From contig JAZNAS010000108.1 in the NCBI GenBank assembly GCA_045586625.1, positions 28,467-92,466 on the forward strand: 64,000 nt of DNA. The letters run 5' to 3'. Source of the stretch: Treponema sp. GTDB taxonomy: Bacteria; Spirochaetota; Spirochaetia; Treponematales; Treponemataceae. The notes below the pieces were generated by a model that saw nothing but the letters and a program-made list of their open reading frames with translations, did not search any database and had not been told where the DNA came from. A program made the translations under genes and the position numbers. Positions 9,515 to 18,435 of this stretch are shown here, piece by piece (position 1 is the stretch's first letter; each line of letters begins with the position of its first letter).

Positions 9515-11221
9515 ATGAACGAAAAACTGAAGAAGTTGATTGACTCAGCAAAGGGGCTATGGACAAAGTGGTCTATAGTTCAAAAGATTATACTCTTTGG
9601 AGTGATTGCTGCTGTCGTTGTAGTCCTTATTTTTGTTGCAAGGCTGTCTGCAGCTCCTACAACTGTTCCCTTGTTTGATGTTGCCATAACGGATACTGTT
9701 GTCCGCGACAACATCTTATTTCGTTTGGCAGAAGAGAATGTAGAGGCTCAGGTAAGCTCGGATGGAAAAATCTCTGTAAAAGACCAGGCCACTGCCCGTC
9801 GTATGCGTAGTATCCTTGTTCGTGAGGACTTGGTTCCTAATAACGTAGATCCATGGGAGCTTTTTGACGTAGAGCGATGGACAACCACTGACTTTGAAAG
9901 AAACGTTAATCTGCAGCGCTCCATTACCCAGATGGTAACCCAGCATATCGAGGCTCTGGATGACGTGGATGACGCTAATGTGACGCTCACCATGCCAGAC
10001 AAGGCCCTTTTTGTCGCAGATCAAAATCCCACCACTGCCAGCGTCATCATCACGCCAAAGCCCGGCAGCGACATCACTACGAACAAGAAGAAGATTTTGG
10101 GAATCCAGAAGCTTTTGATGCGGGCTGTGGAGGGGCTTACTGCAGAAAATATTGCGATTTCCGATCCTTCCGGAATCATCATCAATGATTTTGAAGGAAT
10201 GGAGGCCAGTGAGCGGGTTGACATTATTGCCAAGGAGCAAAAATGGGTTCGTGAGCAAGAAATGTATTATCGTGCTCAGGTGCTTCAGTCTCTCCAAGGG
10301 ATTTTTGGAAAGGATCGTGTTCGAGACTTGAACGTCAAGATTGATATGGATATGTCCAAGGATATTCAGTCAGGAACTGAGTATACCCCAATTGAAATCA
10401 AAGCGGACAATCCAGATACACCCTACGATGACTCTGAGTATCGAGATTATTTGCCCATATCATCAGAAACTGTTACCAGGATTTGGACAGGAACGGCCCT
10501 TACTCCCGAGGGACCTGCTGGAACAGAGGGACACAATCCTCCCGTATATTCCGATATGTCCAATCTCTATGGAACCTCTGAGGAGACGGGCGTAAAGCAG
10601 AACAATGTCATCAATACCATGGAATACCACAAGGAGCGCAGTCCTACCATAGATAGAATTACAGTTTCTGTAAACATCGATGGTACTTGGAAGAAGAAAT
10701 ATGACGACAAGGGAAAGCTGCTTGTTTCCCCGAGTGGTGAAATCGAACGAGAGTATATTCCTGTGGATGCAGCTGACCTTTCTGCTGCAACCTTGTTGGT
10801 ACAGGATGCCATTGGATTTGACAGGGCTCGGGGAGATTCCGTAACGGTACAAAATATTCGTTACGATAGAACAGAACAGTTCTTGGAAGAAAGCATGGCC
10901 TTTATGCGGTCTCGCCAACAGAAGACAACTATCTTGATTTCTATTGCTGGTGTTGCCGCCATCCTGATTGCCTTTATGGTTATCAGGCTCATCAGTCGTT
11001 CCATCGAGCGCCGCCGCCGCCTGAAGCAGGAGGAGTTGTTGCGTCAAAGCCAGCTGGAGCGAGAAAAGACAATTTGGGAAGCAGAGCAGGCTGGAATGGA
11101 AGTTACCATGTCTGTTGAAGAGCGGCGTCGTGCAGAATTGCAGGAAAATGCAGTATCCATGGCAAAGGAGCATCCAGAGGATGTGGCCATGCTTATTAGA
11201 ACTTGGTTGATGGAGGAATAG
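9515..11221 (+). CDS. fliF: flagellar MS-ring protein FliF
   Basis: 568 aa, with N- and C-terminal TM helices flanking a large periplasmic region. It lies in the operon position between fliE and fliG. Confidence 0.9.
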   Translation: MNEKLKKLIDSAKGLWTKWSIVQKIILFGVIAAVVVVLIFVARLSAAPTTVPLFDVAITDTVVRDNILFRLAEENVEAQVSSDGKISVKDQATARRMRSILVREDLVPNNVDPWELFDVERWTTTDFERNVNLQRSITQMVTQHIEALDDVDDANVTLTMPDKALFVADQNPTTASVIITPKPGSDITTNKKKILGIQKLLMRAVEGLTAENIAISDPSGIIINDFEGMEASERVDIIAKEQKWVREQEMYYRAQVLQSLQGIFGKDRVRDLNVKIDMDMSKDIQSGTEYTPIEIKADNPDTPYDDSEYRDYLPISSETVTRIWTGTALTPEGPAGTEGHNPPVYSDMSNLYGTSEETGVKQNNVINTMEYHKERSPTIDRITVSVNIDGTWKKKYDDKGKLLVSPSGEIEREYIPVDAADLSAATLLVQDAIGFDRARGDSVTVQNIRYDRTEQFLEESMAFMRSRQQKTTILISIAGVAAILIAFMVIRLISRSIERRRRLKQEELLRQSQLEREKTIWEAEQAGMEVTMSVEERRRAELQENAVSMAKEHPEDVAMLIRTWLMEE

Positions 11222-11222
11222 G

Positions 11223-12281
11223 ATGTCAGATCAGAATGCAACAAAGTCAAAGTCCTCTGGTAGCAAGAAGGCAAAAGACTTTAAAAACTTAAATGGTCGT
11301 CAAAAAGCGGCTATCTTTTTGGTTTCACTTGGATCAGAAGTTTCCTCCGACATTTTCAAGCATTTGCGTGAAGATGAAATCGAGACCCTAACCTTTGAAA
11401 TTGCTCGCTTGGAAAATATTGATTCCGAGCTGAAGGACAACGTCCTGGAGGAATTCCAGGAGCTGATGGCGGCACAGAACTTTATCACCACCGGTGGTAT
11501 CGACTACGCCCGTGAGCTGTTGGAAAAATCCTTGGGTAGCCAAAAGGCCATAGATATCATCAACCGTCTCACCAGCTCACTGCAGGTTCGGCCCTTCGAC
11601 TTCATCCGTCGCACCGACCCTGCCCACCTGCTGAACTTTATCCAGCAGGAATATCCCCAGACCATCGCTTTGATTCTGGCCTACTTGGAGCCCAACAAGG
11701 CTTCTGTCATTTTGCAGAATCTGCCTGAGGATATTCAGAGTGAGGTGGCAAAGCGTATCGCTACCATGGACCGTACCTCTCCGGACGTTCTCCGTGAGGT
11801 TGAGCGTGTTCTTGAGAAAAAATTGTCAACCCTGTCCAGCGAAGACTACACTGCTGCTGGTGGTGTTGAGAGCATCGTAGAAATCTTGAACCTGGTAGAC
11901 CGCTCCTCCGAAAAGTCCATCATCGAGTCCCTGGAAGAGGAAGATCCAGACTTGGCAGAGGAAATCAAGAAGCGAATGTTCGTATTCGAGGATATCGTTA
12001 TGCTGGACGACCGTGCGATTCAGAAGGTTATGCGGGAGGTGGATGCTCAGGAATTGGCAAAGGCCCTCAAGTCCGTGGATACGGAGGTTCAGGACAAGAT
12101 TTTCCGCAATATGTCCAAGCGTGCCGCCAGCATGTTGAAGGAAGACATGGAGTTTATGGGACCAGTACGATTGAAGGATGTAGAAGAAGCCCAGCAGAAG
12201 ATTGTGTCTACAATCAGGCGGCTTGAGGATTCTGGTGAAATTGTTATTGCCCGCTCCGGCGAGGATGAATTGGTGGTATAG
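11223..12281 (+). CDS. fliG: flagellar motor switch protein FliG
   Basis: The sequence ...GRQKAAIFLVSLG...EDIVMLDDRAIQKVMREV...MSKRAASMLKEDME is typical of FliG. Confidence 0.92.
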   Translation: MSDQNATKSKSSGSKKAKDFKNLNGRQKAAIFLVSLGSEVSSDIFKHLREDEIETLTFEIARLENIDSELKDNVLEEFQELMAAQNFITTGGIDYARELLEKSLGSQKAIDIINRLTSSLQVRPFDFIRRTDPAHLLNFIQQEYPQTIALILAYLEPNKASVILQNLPEDIQSEVAKRIATMDRTSPDVLREVERVLEKKLSTLSSEDYTAAGGVESIVEILNLVDRSSEKSIIESLEEEDPDLAEEIKKRMFVFEDIVMLDDRAIQKVMREVDAQELAKALKSVDTEVQDKIFRNMSKRAASMLKEDMEFMGPVRLKDVEEAQQKIVSTIRRLEDSGEIVIARSGEDELVV

Positions 12282-12284
12282 TAT

Positions 12285-13220
12285 ATGGCTAAGACAGTTT
12301 TTCGGCCCTACGAAATTAAAACCATTGACGAAAAGGTTATGTTCAAGTTGCCCCACAACTTTGAGCCTGAGGTGGAGGAGGTCCCTGTAGTTGAGGAGCC
12401 TGTCTATGAGGGACCCACTGCCGAGGATTTGCGTCGTGAGGCAGAGGAATTCAAGGTGCAGTGGGAGGCTGAAAAGCAGCAGATGCTGGCTCAAGCCCAG
12501 GCTTCTGCGGATGAAATTGTAGCAAAGGCAGAAAAATCTGCCTTTGAGGAAGTGAAGCGGCAGAGTGACCAGGCTCAGGTTATCAAAACCACTGCAGAAA
12601 CCGAGGCTGCAGAGCTTCTTCGCAAGGCTCAGGAAGAGGCAGCTGCTATCATTGCAGACGCAGAAACCCAAAGGCAAAGAATCCATGATGAAGCCTATTC
12701 TGCTGGCTTTGACGAGGGCAGCGAGAAGGGCTTTGCAGAGGGGAATATGGAAGCCCAGCGCCTCATTGATAGGCTTCACGTTATGTTGGATAGAATCATG
12801 GACAAGCGGGAGGAAATCCTTGAGGGAACGGAGCAGCAAATTGTGGAGCTGGTGCTTCTGATGACACGAAAAGTTGTTAAGATTATCTCCGAAAACCAGC
12901 GCAATGTTGTTATGTCCAATGTTTTGCAGGCTCTCCGCAAGGTTAAGGGACGAGGAGATGTTATTGTCCGTGTGAACCTTGCTGATGTGAAGCTTACCAC
13001 GGAGCATACCAAGGAATTTATGGCGGCAGTGGAAAATATCCAGAATATTACCATTGCAGAGGATTCTTCCATAGATCGAGGTGGTTGTATTGTTGAAACT
13101 GACTTCGGTGCCATTGATGCCCGTATTGCTAGTCAGTTGGCTGAATTGGAGCAAAAGATTCTGGAGATTTCTCCCATCAAGTCTGTGGCAAAGACCTCCG
13201 GGCTTGAGTCAAAATCATGA
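12285..13220 (+). CDS. fliH: flagellar assembly protein FliH
   Basis: Glu/Ala/Gln-rich coiled-coil N-terminal half, with the C-terminus GGCIVETDFGAIDARIASQL. It lies immediately upstream of fliI. Confidence 0.8.
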   Translation: MAKTVFRPYEIKTIDEKVMFKLPHNFEPEVEEVPVVEEPVYEGPTAEDLRREAEEFKVQWEAEKQQMLAQAQASADEIVAKAEKSAFEEVKRQSDQAQVIKTTAETEAAELLRKAQEEAAAIIADAETQRQRIHDEAYSAGFDEGSEKGFAEGNMEAQRLIDRLHVMLDRIMDKREEILEGTEQQIVELVLLMTRKVVKIISENQRNVVMSNVLQALRKVKGRGDVIVRVNLADVKLTTEHTKEFMAAVENIQNITIAEDSSIDRGGCIVETDFGAIDARIASQLAELEQKILEISPIKSVAKTSGLESKS

Positions 13221-13235
13221 TGAAATGAGGCTGTA

Positions 13236-14630
13236 ATGGGCTCTTTTTTTGACAAATATATTGACAGCGTCCGTGAGACAGAAACCATTCTCTATACTGG
13301 AAAGGTTATGTCTGTGCGGGGAATGCTGATTGAAAGTACTGGCCCTCGGTCCGTAATTGGGGAGATGTGTACCATCAAGCTGATGCGTGGCGGAGGGTCT
13401 GTTCTTGCTGAGGTTGTTGGCCTTGATGATACCACTGTCCGCCTTATGGCTTATGGCGAGACAAAGGGTATTGAGGTGGGCTGCGAGGTAGTGGCTTCTG
13501 GTCATGTCCTGCAGGTAGCTGTAGGACCAGAATTGTTGGGTCGGGTTATTGATTCCACAGGCAAGCCTTACGATGGAAAGGGAGAGATTGCCACCAGTGT
13601 GCACTATCCTGCCTTGGCAAGTCCGCCCTCTCCTTTGGACAGAAAACCTGTTTCGGAGCGAATTATTACTGGTGTTCGTGCCATAGACTCCATGTTGGCG
13701 GTGGCAAAGGGTCAGCGTTTGGGAATCTTTGCTGGCTCCGGTGTTGGTAAGTCAACCCTGCTGAGCATGATTGCCCGTAATACCAATGCTGATGTCAATG
13801 TCATCGCCTTGGTAGGTGAGCGTGGACGAGAGGTTTTGGACTTTATCCATCGTGACTTGGGGGAAGAAGGACTGAAGCGTTCCGTGCTTGTGGTATCAAC
13901 CTCTGACCAAAGCTCTATCTCCCGATTGCGTGCGGCCTATACTGCCACCGCCGTTGCTGAATATTTCCGTGACCAAGGCAAGGACGTCATGCTCATGTTC
14001 GACTCTGTGACCCGTTTTGCCCATGCCCAACGTGAAATTGGTCTTGCAGCAGGTGAGCCACCGGCCCAGCGTGGATATCCTCCTAGCGTGTTCGATATGC
14101 TTCCAAAGCTGCTGGAGCGAAGCGGTACCAGCAAAAAAGGCTCTATCACAGGCTTTTACACCGTACTGGTTGACGGTGACGACATGGATGAACCCATTAC
14201 CGACAAGGTTCGTGGTACCTTGGACGGACACATTGTTTTGAGCCGTAAGTTGGCTCATCGTGCCCATTTCCCGGCCATTGATGTGCTTGCCAGTATTAGC
14301 CGTCTTGCCAAGCGTGTTTCCGGGCAGAAGACCCAGGAAGCGGTGCTGGTGATGCGAAGAAAAATGGCCTTGTATGCTGAAAATGAGGACATGATTACAG
14401 CTGGAGCGTATCAAGCAGGCTCATCTCCTGCTATTGACGATGCCATCAAAAGTCATGATGCCATTGAAAGCTTCTTGGTTCAAGATGAGTTCACTCCTTC
14501 CACCTTGGAGGAAACTATTTCCAGGATGGCAGAGATTGCTGGTGTGGAAATTCCACCTGAAGAATACGGGGGAGCTGGGGATACTTCTCCAGAAGAAGCC
14601 CAGATGGCTATTTCCTCTGTTGAGTTATAG
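13236..14630 (+). CDS. fliI: flagellum-specific ATPase FliI
   Basis: Walker A GSGVGKSTLL, Walker B VMLMFDSVTRFA, and a T3SS/F1-like ATPase core. Confidence 0.95.
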   Translation: MGSFFDKYIDSVRETETILYTGKVMSVRGMLIESTGPRSVIGEMCTIKLMRGGGSVLAEVVGLDDTTVRLMAYGETKGIEVGCEVVASGHVLQVAVGPELLGRVIDSTGKPYDGKGEIATSVHYPALASPPSPLDRKPVSERIITGVRAIDSMLAVAKGQRLGIFAGSGVGKSTLLSMIARNTNADVNVIALVGERGREVLDFIHRDLGEEGLKRSVLVVSTSDQSSISRLRAAYTATAVAEYFRDQGKDVMLMFDSVTRFAHAQREIGLAAGEPPAQRGYPPSVFDMLPKLLERSGTSKKGSITGFYTVLVDGDDMDEPITDKVRGTLDGHIVLSRKLAHRAHFPAIDVLASISRLAKRVSGQKTQEAVLVMRRKMALYAENEDMITAGAYQAGSSPAIDDAIKSHDAIESFLVQDEFTPSTLEETISRMAEIAGVEIPPEEYGGAGDTSPEEAQMAISSVEL

Positions 14631-14641
14631 GGTAAGGACAG

Positions 14642-15079
14642 ATGAAACGATTTTCCTTTTCCATGCAAAAGATTCTTGATATCCGAGAATTTACCGAACG
14701 CCAAGCTCAAATTGAGCTAGGACAGGCGGTGGCAGAGGTGAATCGTATCAACGGTGAGCTGGAGGCTGTAGCAAAGGAAAAAATGAGGATGCTCCAGATT
14801 AAGTTGAAGGATGCTTCTTTGAATGAGTTTCTTGTCCATGAAAATTACATGAAGCGACTGGAAATTACCAAGGAGCGTCTTTTGGAGGAATTAGCCGCCG
14901 CCCAGCTGGTGGTAGATGAAAAACGGGAGATTTTTGCCGAGGCCATGAAGCAGCGGAAGATTCTTTCCAATCTAAAAGAAAAGCAGTTTGTCCAGTACAA
15001 GAAGGAAGCCCTGGTGGCAGAGGATAATGCGGTGGACGATTTAGTTACATCCCGTCATGGCTATAATCAAGAGTATTAA
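14642..15079 (+). CDS. fliJ: flagellar export chaperone FliJ
   Basis: 145-aa coiled-coil protein directly after fliI. The N-terminus is MKRFSFSMQKILDIREFTERQAQIEL. Confidence 0.75.
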   Translation: MKRFSFSMQKILDIREFTERQAQIELGQAVAEVNRINGELEAVAKEKMRMLQIKLKDASLNEFLVHENYMKRLEITKERLLEELAAAQLVVDEKREIFAEAMKQRKILSNLKEKQFVQYKKEALVAEDNAVDDLVTSRHGYNQEY

Positions 15080-15086
15080 ACTGATA

Positions 15087-15130
15087 AGGGCTGTCCAAGG
15101 GTTTTACTCCAAGGACAGCCCTCATTTTTT
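15087..15130 (+). terminator. rho-independent terminator ending the flagellar block
   Basis: Perfect 10-bp stem AGGGCTGTCC / GGACAGCCCT with a 16-nt loop, followed by CATTTTTT. Confidence 0.75.
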
Positions 15131-15136
15131 CTAAAT

Positions 15137-15226
15137 CTAATACTTGAATTTGCTGCCGGGTGGCAGTTAGTATTTGAATTCACTGCCGGGTGGCAGTTAA
15201 TACTTGAATTCACTGCCACCGATGAA
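15137..15226 (-). repeat. three tandem 30-bp units that duplicate the 3' end and stop codon of the downstream gene
   Basis: Minus-strand reading gives ...IGGSEFKY-TAA (gene end, 15226-15197), LPPGSEFKY-TAA (15196-15167) and LPPGSKFKY-TAG (15166-15137), all in frame. The two extra units each contain the hairpin CTGCC-ACCC-GGCAG. Confidence 0.9.
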
Positions 15227-16849
15227 TTCCCGGATAATTGACTTTCCCGGTACATTGTTGGCAGAAATGGGAGAAAAATTGTTCAAGAAACGCAAAAGGC
15301 GTGATGCCTCTGCATATTCCTTTTGCAAGGGACTTACACAGCGAAGCAATGGCTCTGCAAACACCTTCAATACAGGCAGCTCATAGTCCAAGGCTGTGTT
15401 CAGCATGGCATCCGCATTGTCCTGAAAGGGGAAGATGTGAAGCCGTTCTCCCCGCTGGACGCTATCCCACATGGCAATGGTGTCTGCGGCAGACTTGCCT
15501 CTAAACTGGGAGTCCCGCACGATGCGTCGGATAAGGCGGTTGTCGCTGGTGGGAACGCGGTTATGGTCGTCTAGATTCAGCTGGGTAAGGGCGGAAAGAT
15601 ATATCTTGAACTTGTACTCAGCAGGAACCAGGGGGGTGAGCTTGTCGTTCAGGCCATGGATTCCTTCAAGAATCAAAATATCCTGGGGGTCAAGCTTCAT
15701 GGTCTTGCCACTATAGAGCCGCTTTCCCTCCACAAAATCGTAGGTAGGAAGCTGAATCTCCTTGCCGGCAAATAAGTCCATCAAATCCTGGTTCAACTGG
15801 GCTATATCCAGGGCTTCAAGACATTCGTAATCGTATTTTCCTTCAGCATCACGGGGGGTCAGCTCACGATTCACGTAGTAGGTGTCCAGCTCAATAACCT
15901 TTGGCCGGTATCCCAGGGCTTTTAGCTGAAGGGAAAGCTTTTTTGAGGTGGTGGTTTTTCCTGAGCTGGAAGGACCTGCAATGAGCACCGTTTTCACGTT
16001 GCCCCGCTGGTGGATTTGGTCTGCAATATCTGCAATGCATTTTTGCTGGAAGGTTTCCACTGTATCGATAAAATCTGCTACGGAGCGGCGGTGAATCAGG
16101 TCGTTTACATCTGCGGCAGAGGTAATCCCCTGTTGCTTTCCCCACTTCTTGTAGCGGGAATAAACTGCAAAGAGCTGGGGAATGTCCTCAAAGGGGAGCA
16201 GCTTTGTTGAGTCGGCAGTGGAAGGGAAGCGTAATAAAAAGCCTTCGCCATAGGGCATCAGGTCAAAGACGGGAGTCTTGCCTGTGGAGGGAACTAAGGG
16301 ACCAAAGTACAGGTCGCTGTAGTCGTCAATTCTGTTGATGGTAATCTTTGGGGGACAGATGAAATTCAGCTGCTTGCGGGTTTCTATCTGTCCAATATCA
16401 TCGAACAATTTCAAGGCATCTTGGTAGGCGATAACATCTGTTTCAATGGGAATGTCCTGTTGAATCAGCTCCCTCATCTTTTGGTGGAGCTGTTGGATGC
16501 TATCGGCACCGGGGGTTTTTCCTGTTTCTAATGTATAGTAATAGCCATAGCCCAAGCTGTGGCCGACTAAAAGTCGGACACCTGGAAAGAGTTTGTGGGC
16601 TGCAGCGGCCAAAATGAGACACAAGGAGCGTCGGTAAATGGCGGAACCCACTCGACTGCCAGGGAGAACAGGCTCCAAGTGGGCATTAATATCCAAGTGG
16701 GTGGAAAGAGAGCAGACTTCGTTGTTCACAACTACTGCCAGCAATTGTTCTGGCTCCCTGCAAATTCTTTGAGCCACATCACTTGCTTTGATTCCAGCTT
16801 CCGTGGTGATGGAAGAACCATCGGGAAAGGTAAGTGTAATAGTCTTCAT
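15197..16849 (-). CDS. TGS-domain / uridine kinase-phosphoribulokinase family P-loop protein
   Basis: TGS-like N-terminus MKTITLTFPDGSSITTEAGIKASDVAQ. The C-terminal half has the P-loop IAGPSSSGKTTTSKKL and a udk/PRK-like core. ATG 16849 is preferred over TTG 16876 because a -10 box lies 6 nt upstream. Confidence 0.75.
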   Translation of the reverse strand: MKTITLTFPDGSSITTEAGIKASDVAQRICREPEQLLAVVVNNEVCSLSTHLDINAHLEPVLPGSRVGSAIYRRSLCLILAAAAHKLFPGVRLLVGHSLGYGYYYTLETGKTPGADSIQQLHQKMRELIQQDIPIETDVIAYQDALKLFDDIGQIETRKQLNFICPPKITINRIDDYSDLYFGPLVPSTGKTPVFDLMPYGEGFLLRFPSTADSTKLLPFEDIPQLFAVYSRYKKWGKQQGITSAADVNDLIHRRSVADFIDTVETFQQKCIADIADQIHQRGNVKTVLIAGPSSSGKTTTSKKLSLQLKALGYRPKVIELDTYYVNRELTPRDAEGKYDYECLEALDIAQLNQDLMDLFAGKEIQLPTYDFVEGKRLYSGKTMKLDPQDILILEGIHGLNDKLTPLVPAEYKFKIYLSALTQLNLDDHNRVPTSDNRLIRRIVRDSQFRGKSAADTIAMWDSVQRGERLHIFPFQDNADAMLNTALDYELPVLKVFAEPLLRCVSPLQKEYAEASRLLRFLNNFSPISANNVPGKSIIREFIGGSEFKY

Positions 16850-16855
16850 AGCTTC

Positions 16856-16884
16856 AGTATACACCCGAAAAATCAAATCCGCAA
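16856..16884 (-). promoter_or_regulatory. candidate promoter giving a leaderless transcript of the TGS/kinase gene
   Basis: Minus strand reads TTGCGG-17-TATACT, then 6 nt, then ATG 16849. No Shine-Dalgarno is present. Confidence 0.45.
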
Positions 16885-17066
16885 ATCAATTATTGTATCA
16901 AACAAATGGGTATGGTTGTTGAATTGTTTTTCCGGTGTGTTTTGTAAAAGGACAAGAAGCTCGTCACCACCAAATTTAAAGAGCAAGTCATTTTTTTGGA
17001 TGGAAGGAGAAATATACTTTACACTAGAAAGCAAACGTAAAAAAACAATGGAGATTTTACCTTGCC

Positions 17067-17095
17067 TTTACAACTGCATTTTATTTTATTATACT
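17067..17095 (+). promoter_or_regulatory. candidate promoter giving a leaderless transcript of the GT4 gene
   Basis: TTTACA-17-TATACT, then 8 nt, then ATG 17104. No Shine-Dalgarno is present. Confidence 0.45.
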
Positions 17096-17103
17096 TTCAG
17101 TGT

Positions 17104-18435
17104 ATGAGAATAGCTATGTTTTCAGACTGCTACTATCCTCGTGTGAACGGGGTGGTGGTGTCGGTTCATTCCTTTGTACAAGAATTGATAAACCGTGGTC
17201 ACATTGTAAAAGTTGTTACTGTGGAGTATCCCGACGACTATGAGTTCAACGGAAAGGGGGATTTGGAGGCAGGATTGATTGACAGTCCCAATTTCTCGCT
17301 GAATCGCCTTTCCTCGAAGGAAATCATTTTTTCCAAGGAGGATCGTCTTGTACGTCTCAAGCAATGGCATATTCTGAAGGGAATCCTTGATGAATTCCAG
17401 CCGGATATTCTTCATATAAACAGTGAGTGGCTGGTGGGATATTTCGGTGCAATATACGCCCATCACCGTAAGGTTCCCTGTGTCTTTACCTTCCACACCC
17501 TGTGGGAGGATTACATTCAAAATTACGCTCCAATTTTGCGGGAAAAGATTTCCAAGAAAATTGGTCGTGACATCGTAAAATTTTATCTGAAGACTGCAAA
17601 TCATGTTCTTGCTCCTACTCCCCAAACCGCCCAGACTGTCCGCAAGTATGGAATCGATACGCCGGTGGAGCTTTTGCCTACAGGAATACCAAATTCCATG
17701 TTCCAGAAAGATGAAGGAGAAATCGAAAAGGTTCGAAAGGATTTGTTCTCCCGCTTTCCCCAGTTGAAGGACAGAAAAATCTTGCTTTTTGCTGGTCGGG
17801 TAGCAAAGGAAAAGAATTTGCCCTTTCTGCTTCCTGTATTACAGCGGGTAAACCGGCTGCTGGAAGAAGCTTCCGCTTCTGAGCCCAAGCGGCGGGCAGC
17901 CTTGTTGGTGGCTGGTGACGGTAATTTTATGCAGGATTTGAAGGACTTGGTGGAGCAGCAGCAGCTGTCCCAGGATGTGTTTTATCTAGGCTATATGGAG
18001 CGAAATGATTTGGCTTCCTTGTATCATCTGGCGGATGTATTTACCTTTCCCAGCAAGACGGAAACCCAGGGCTTGGTGACGGTGGAGGCCATGGCAGCGG
18101 GACTTCCTGTGGTGGCCATTGGAGAAATGGGTACCATCGATGTAATGCAGGGTGATAATGGTGGCTTTATGGTGCCAGAGGATGTGGAGGTATTTTCCCA
18201 AAGAGTGTACCAGCTATTAACTGACGCCGCTTTGTATAAGGGAAAAAGTCAGGAAGGACAGTCTTGGAGCAGGCGGTGGTCTATGTCCGCCCTAACGGAT
18301 AGACTGGAAGCTGCATATTCAGCCTGCATTGCTGACTATCGCTCTGGAAAAAAAACAGGTGGCAGCGAGCTTGATAAGGCCCTTTCTGCCACCACTGTTC
18401 TTACCATCATCGGGTTGGGTTATATTTTCGGCTAA
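17104..18435 (+). CDS. family-4 (GT-B) glycosyltransferase with a C-terminal membrane helix
   Basis: MRIAMFSDCYYPRVNGVVVSVHSF... and the E-x7-E region FTFPSKTETQGLVTVEAMAAGLPVV. The C-terminus ends in ATTVLTIIGLGYIFG. Confidence 0.85.
   Translation: MRIAMFSDCYYPRVNGVVVSVHSFVQELINRGHIVKVVTVEYPDDYEFNGKGDLEAGLIDSPNFSLNRLSSKEIIFSKEDRLVRLKQWHILKGILDEFQPDILHINSEWLVGYFGAIYAHHRKVPCVFTFHTLWEDYIQNYAPILREKISKKIGRDIVKFYLKTANHVLAPTPQTAQTVRKYGIDTPVELLPTGIPNSMFQKDEGEIEKVRKDLFSRFPQLKDRKILLFAGRVAKEKNLPFLLPVLQRVNRLLEEASASEPKRRAALLVAGDGNFMQDLKDLVEQQQLSQDVFYLGYMERNDLASLYHLADVFTFPSKTETQGLVTVEAMAAGLPVVAIGEMGTIDVMQGDNGGFMVPEDVEVFSQRVYQLLTDAALYKGKSQEGQSWSRRWSMSALTDRLEAAYSACIADYRSGKKTGGSELDKALSATTVLTIIGLGYIFG

Noticed and set aside
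11826-13154. 442-aa ORF antisense to fliG/fliH, the longest unexplained ORF in the track.
   Set aside because: Its Leu/Ser/Asn-rich low-complexity sequence is the mirror image of the Glu/Lys/Ala-rich sense frames. The sense strand encodes clearly recognisable FliG and FliH. I saw no RBS or promoter.
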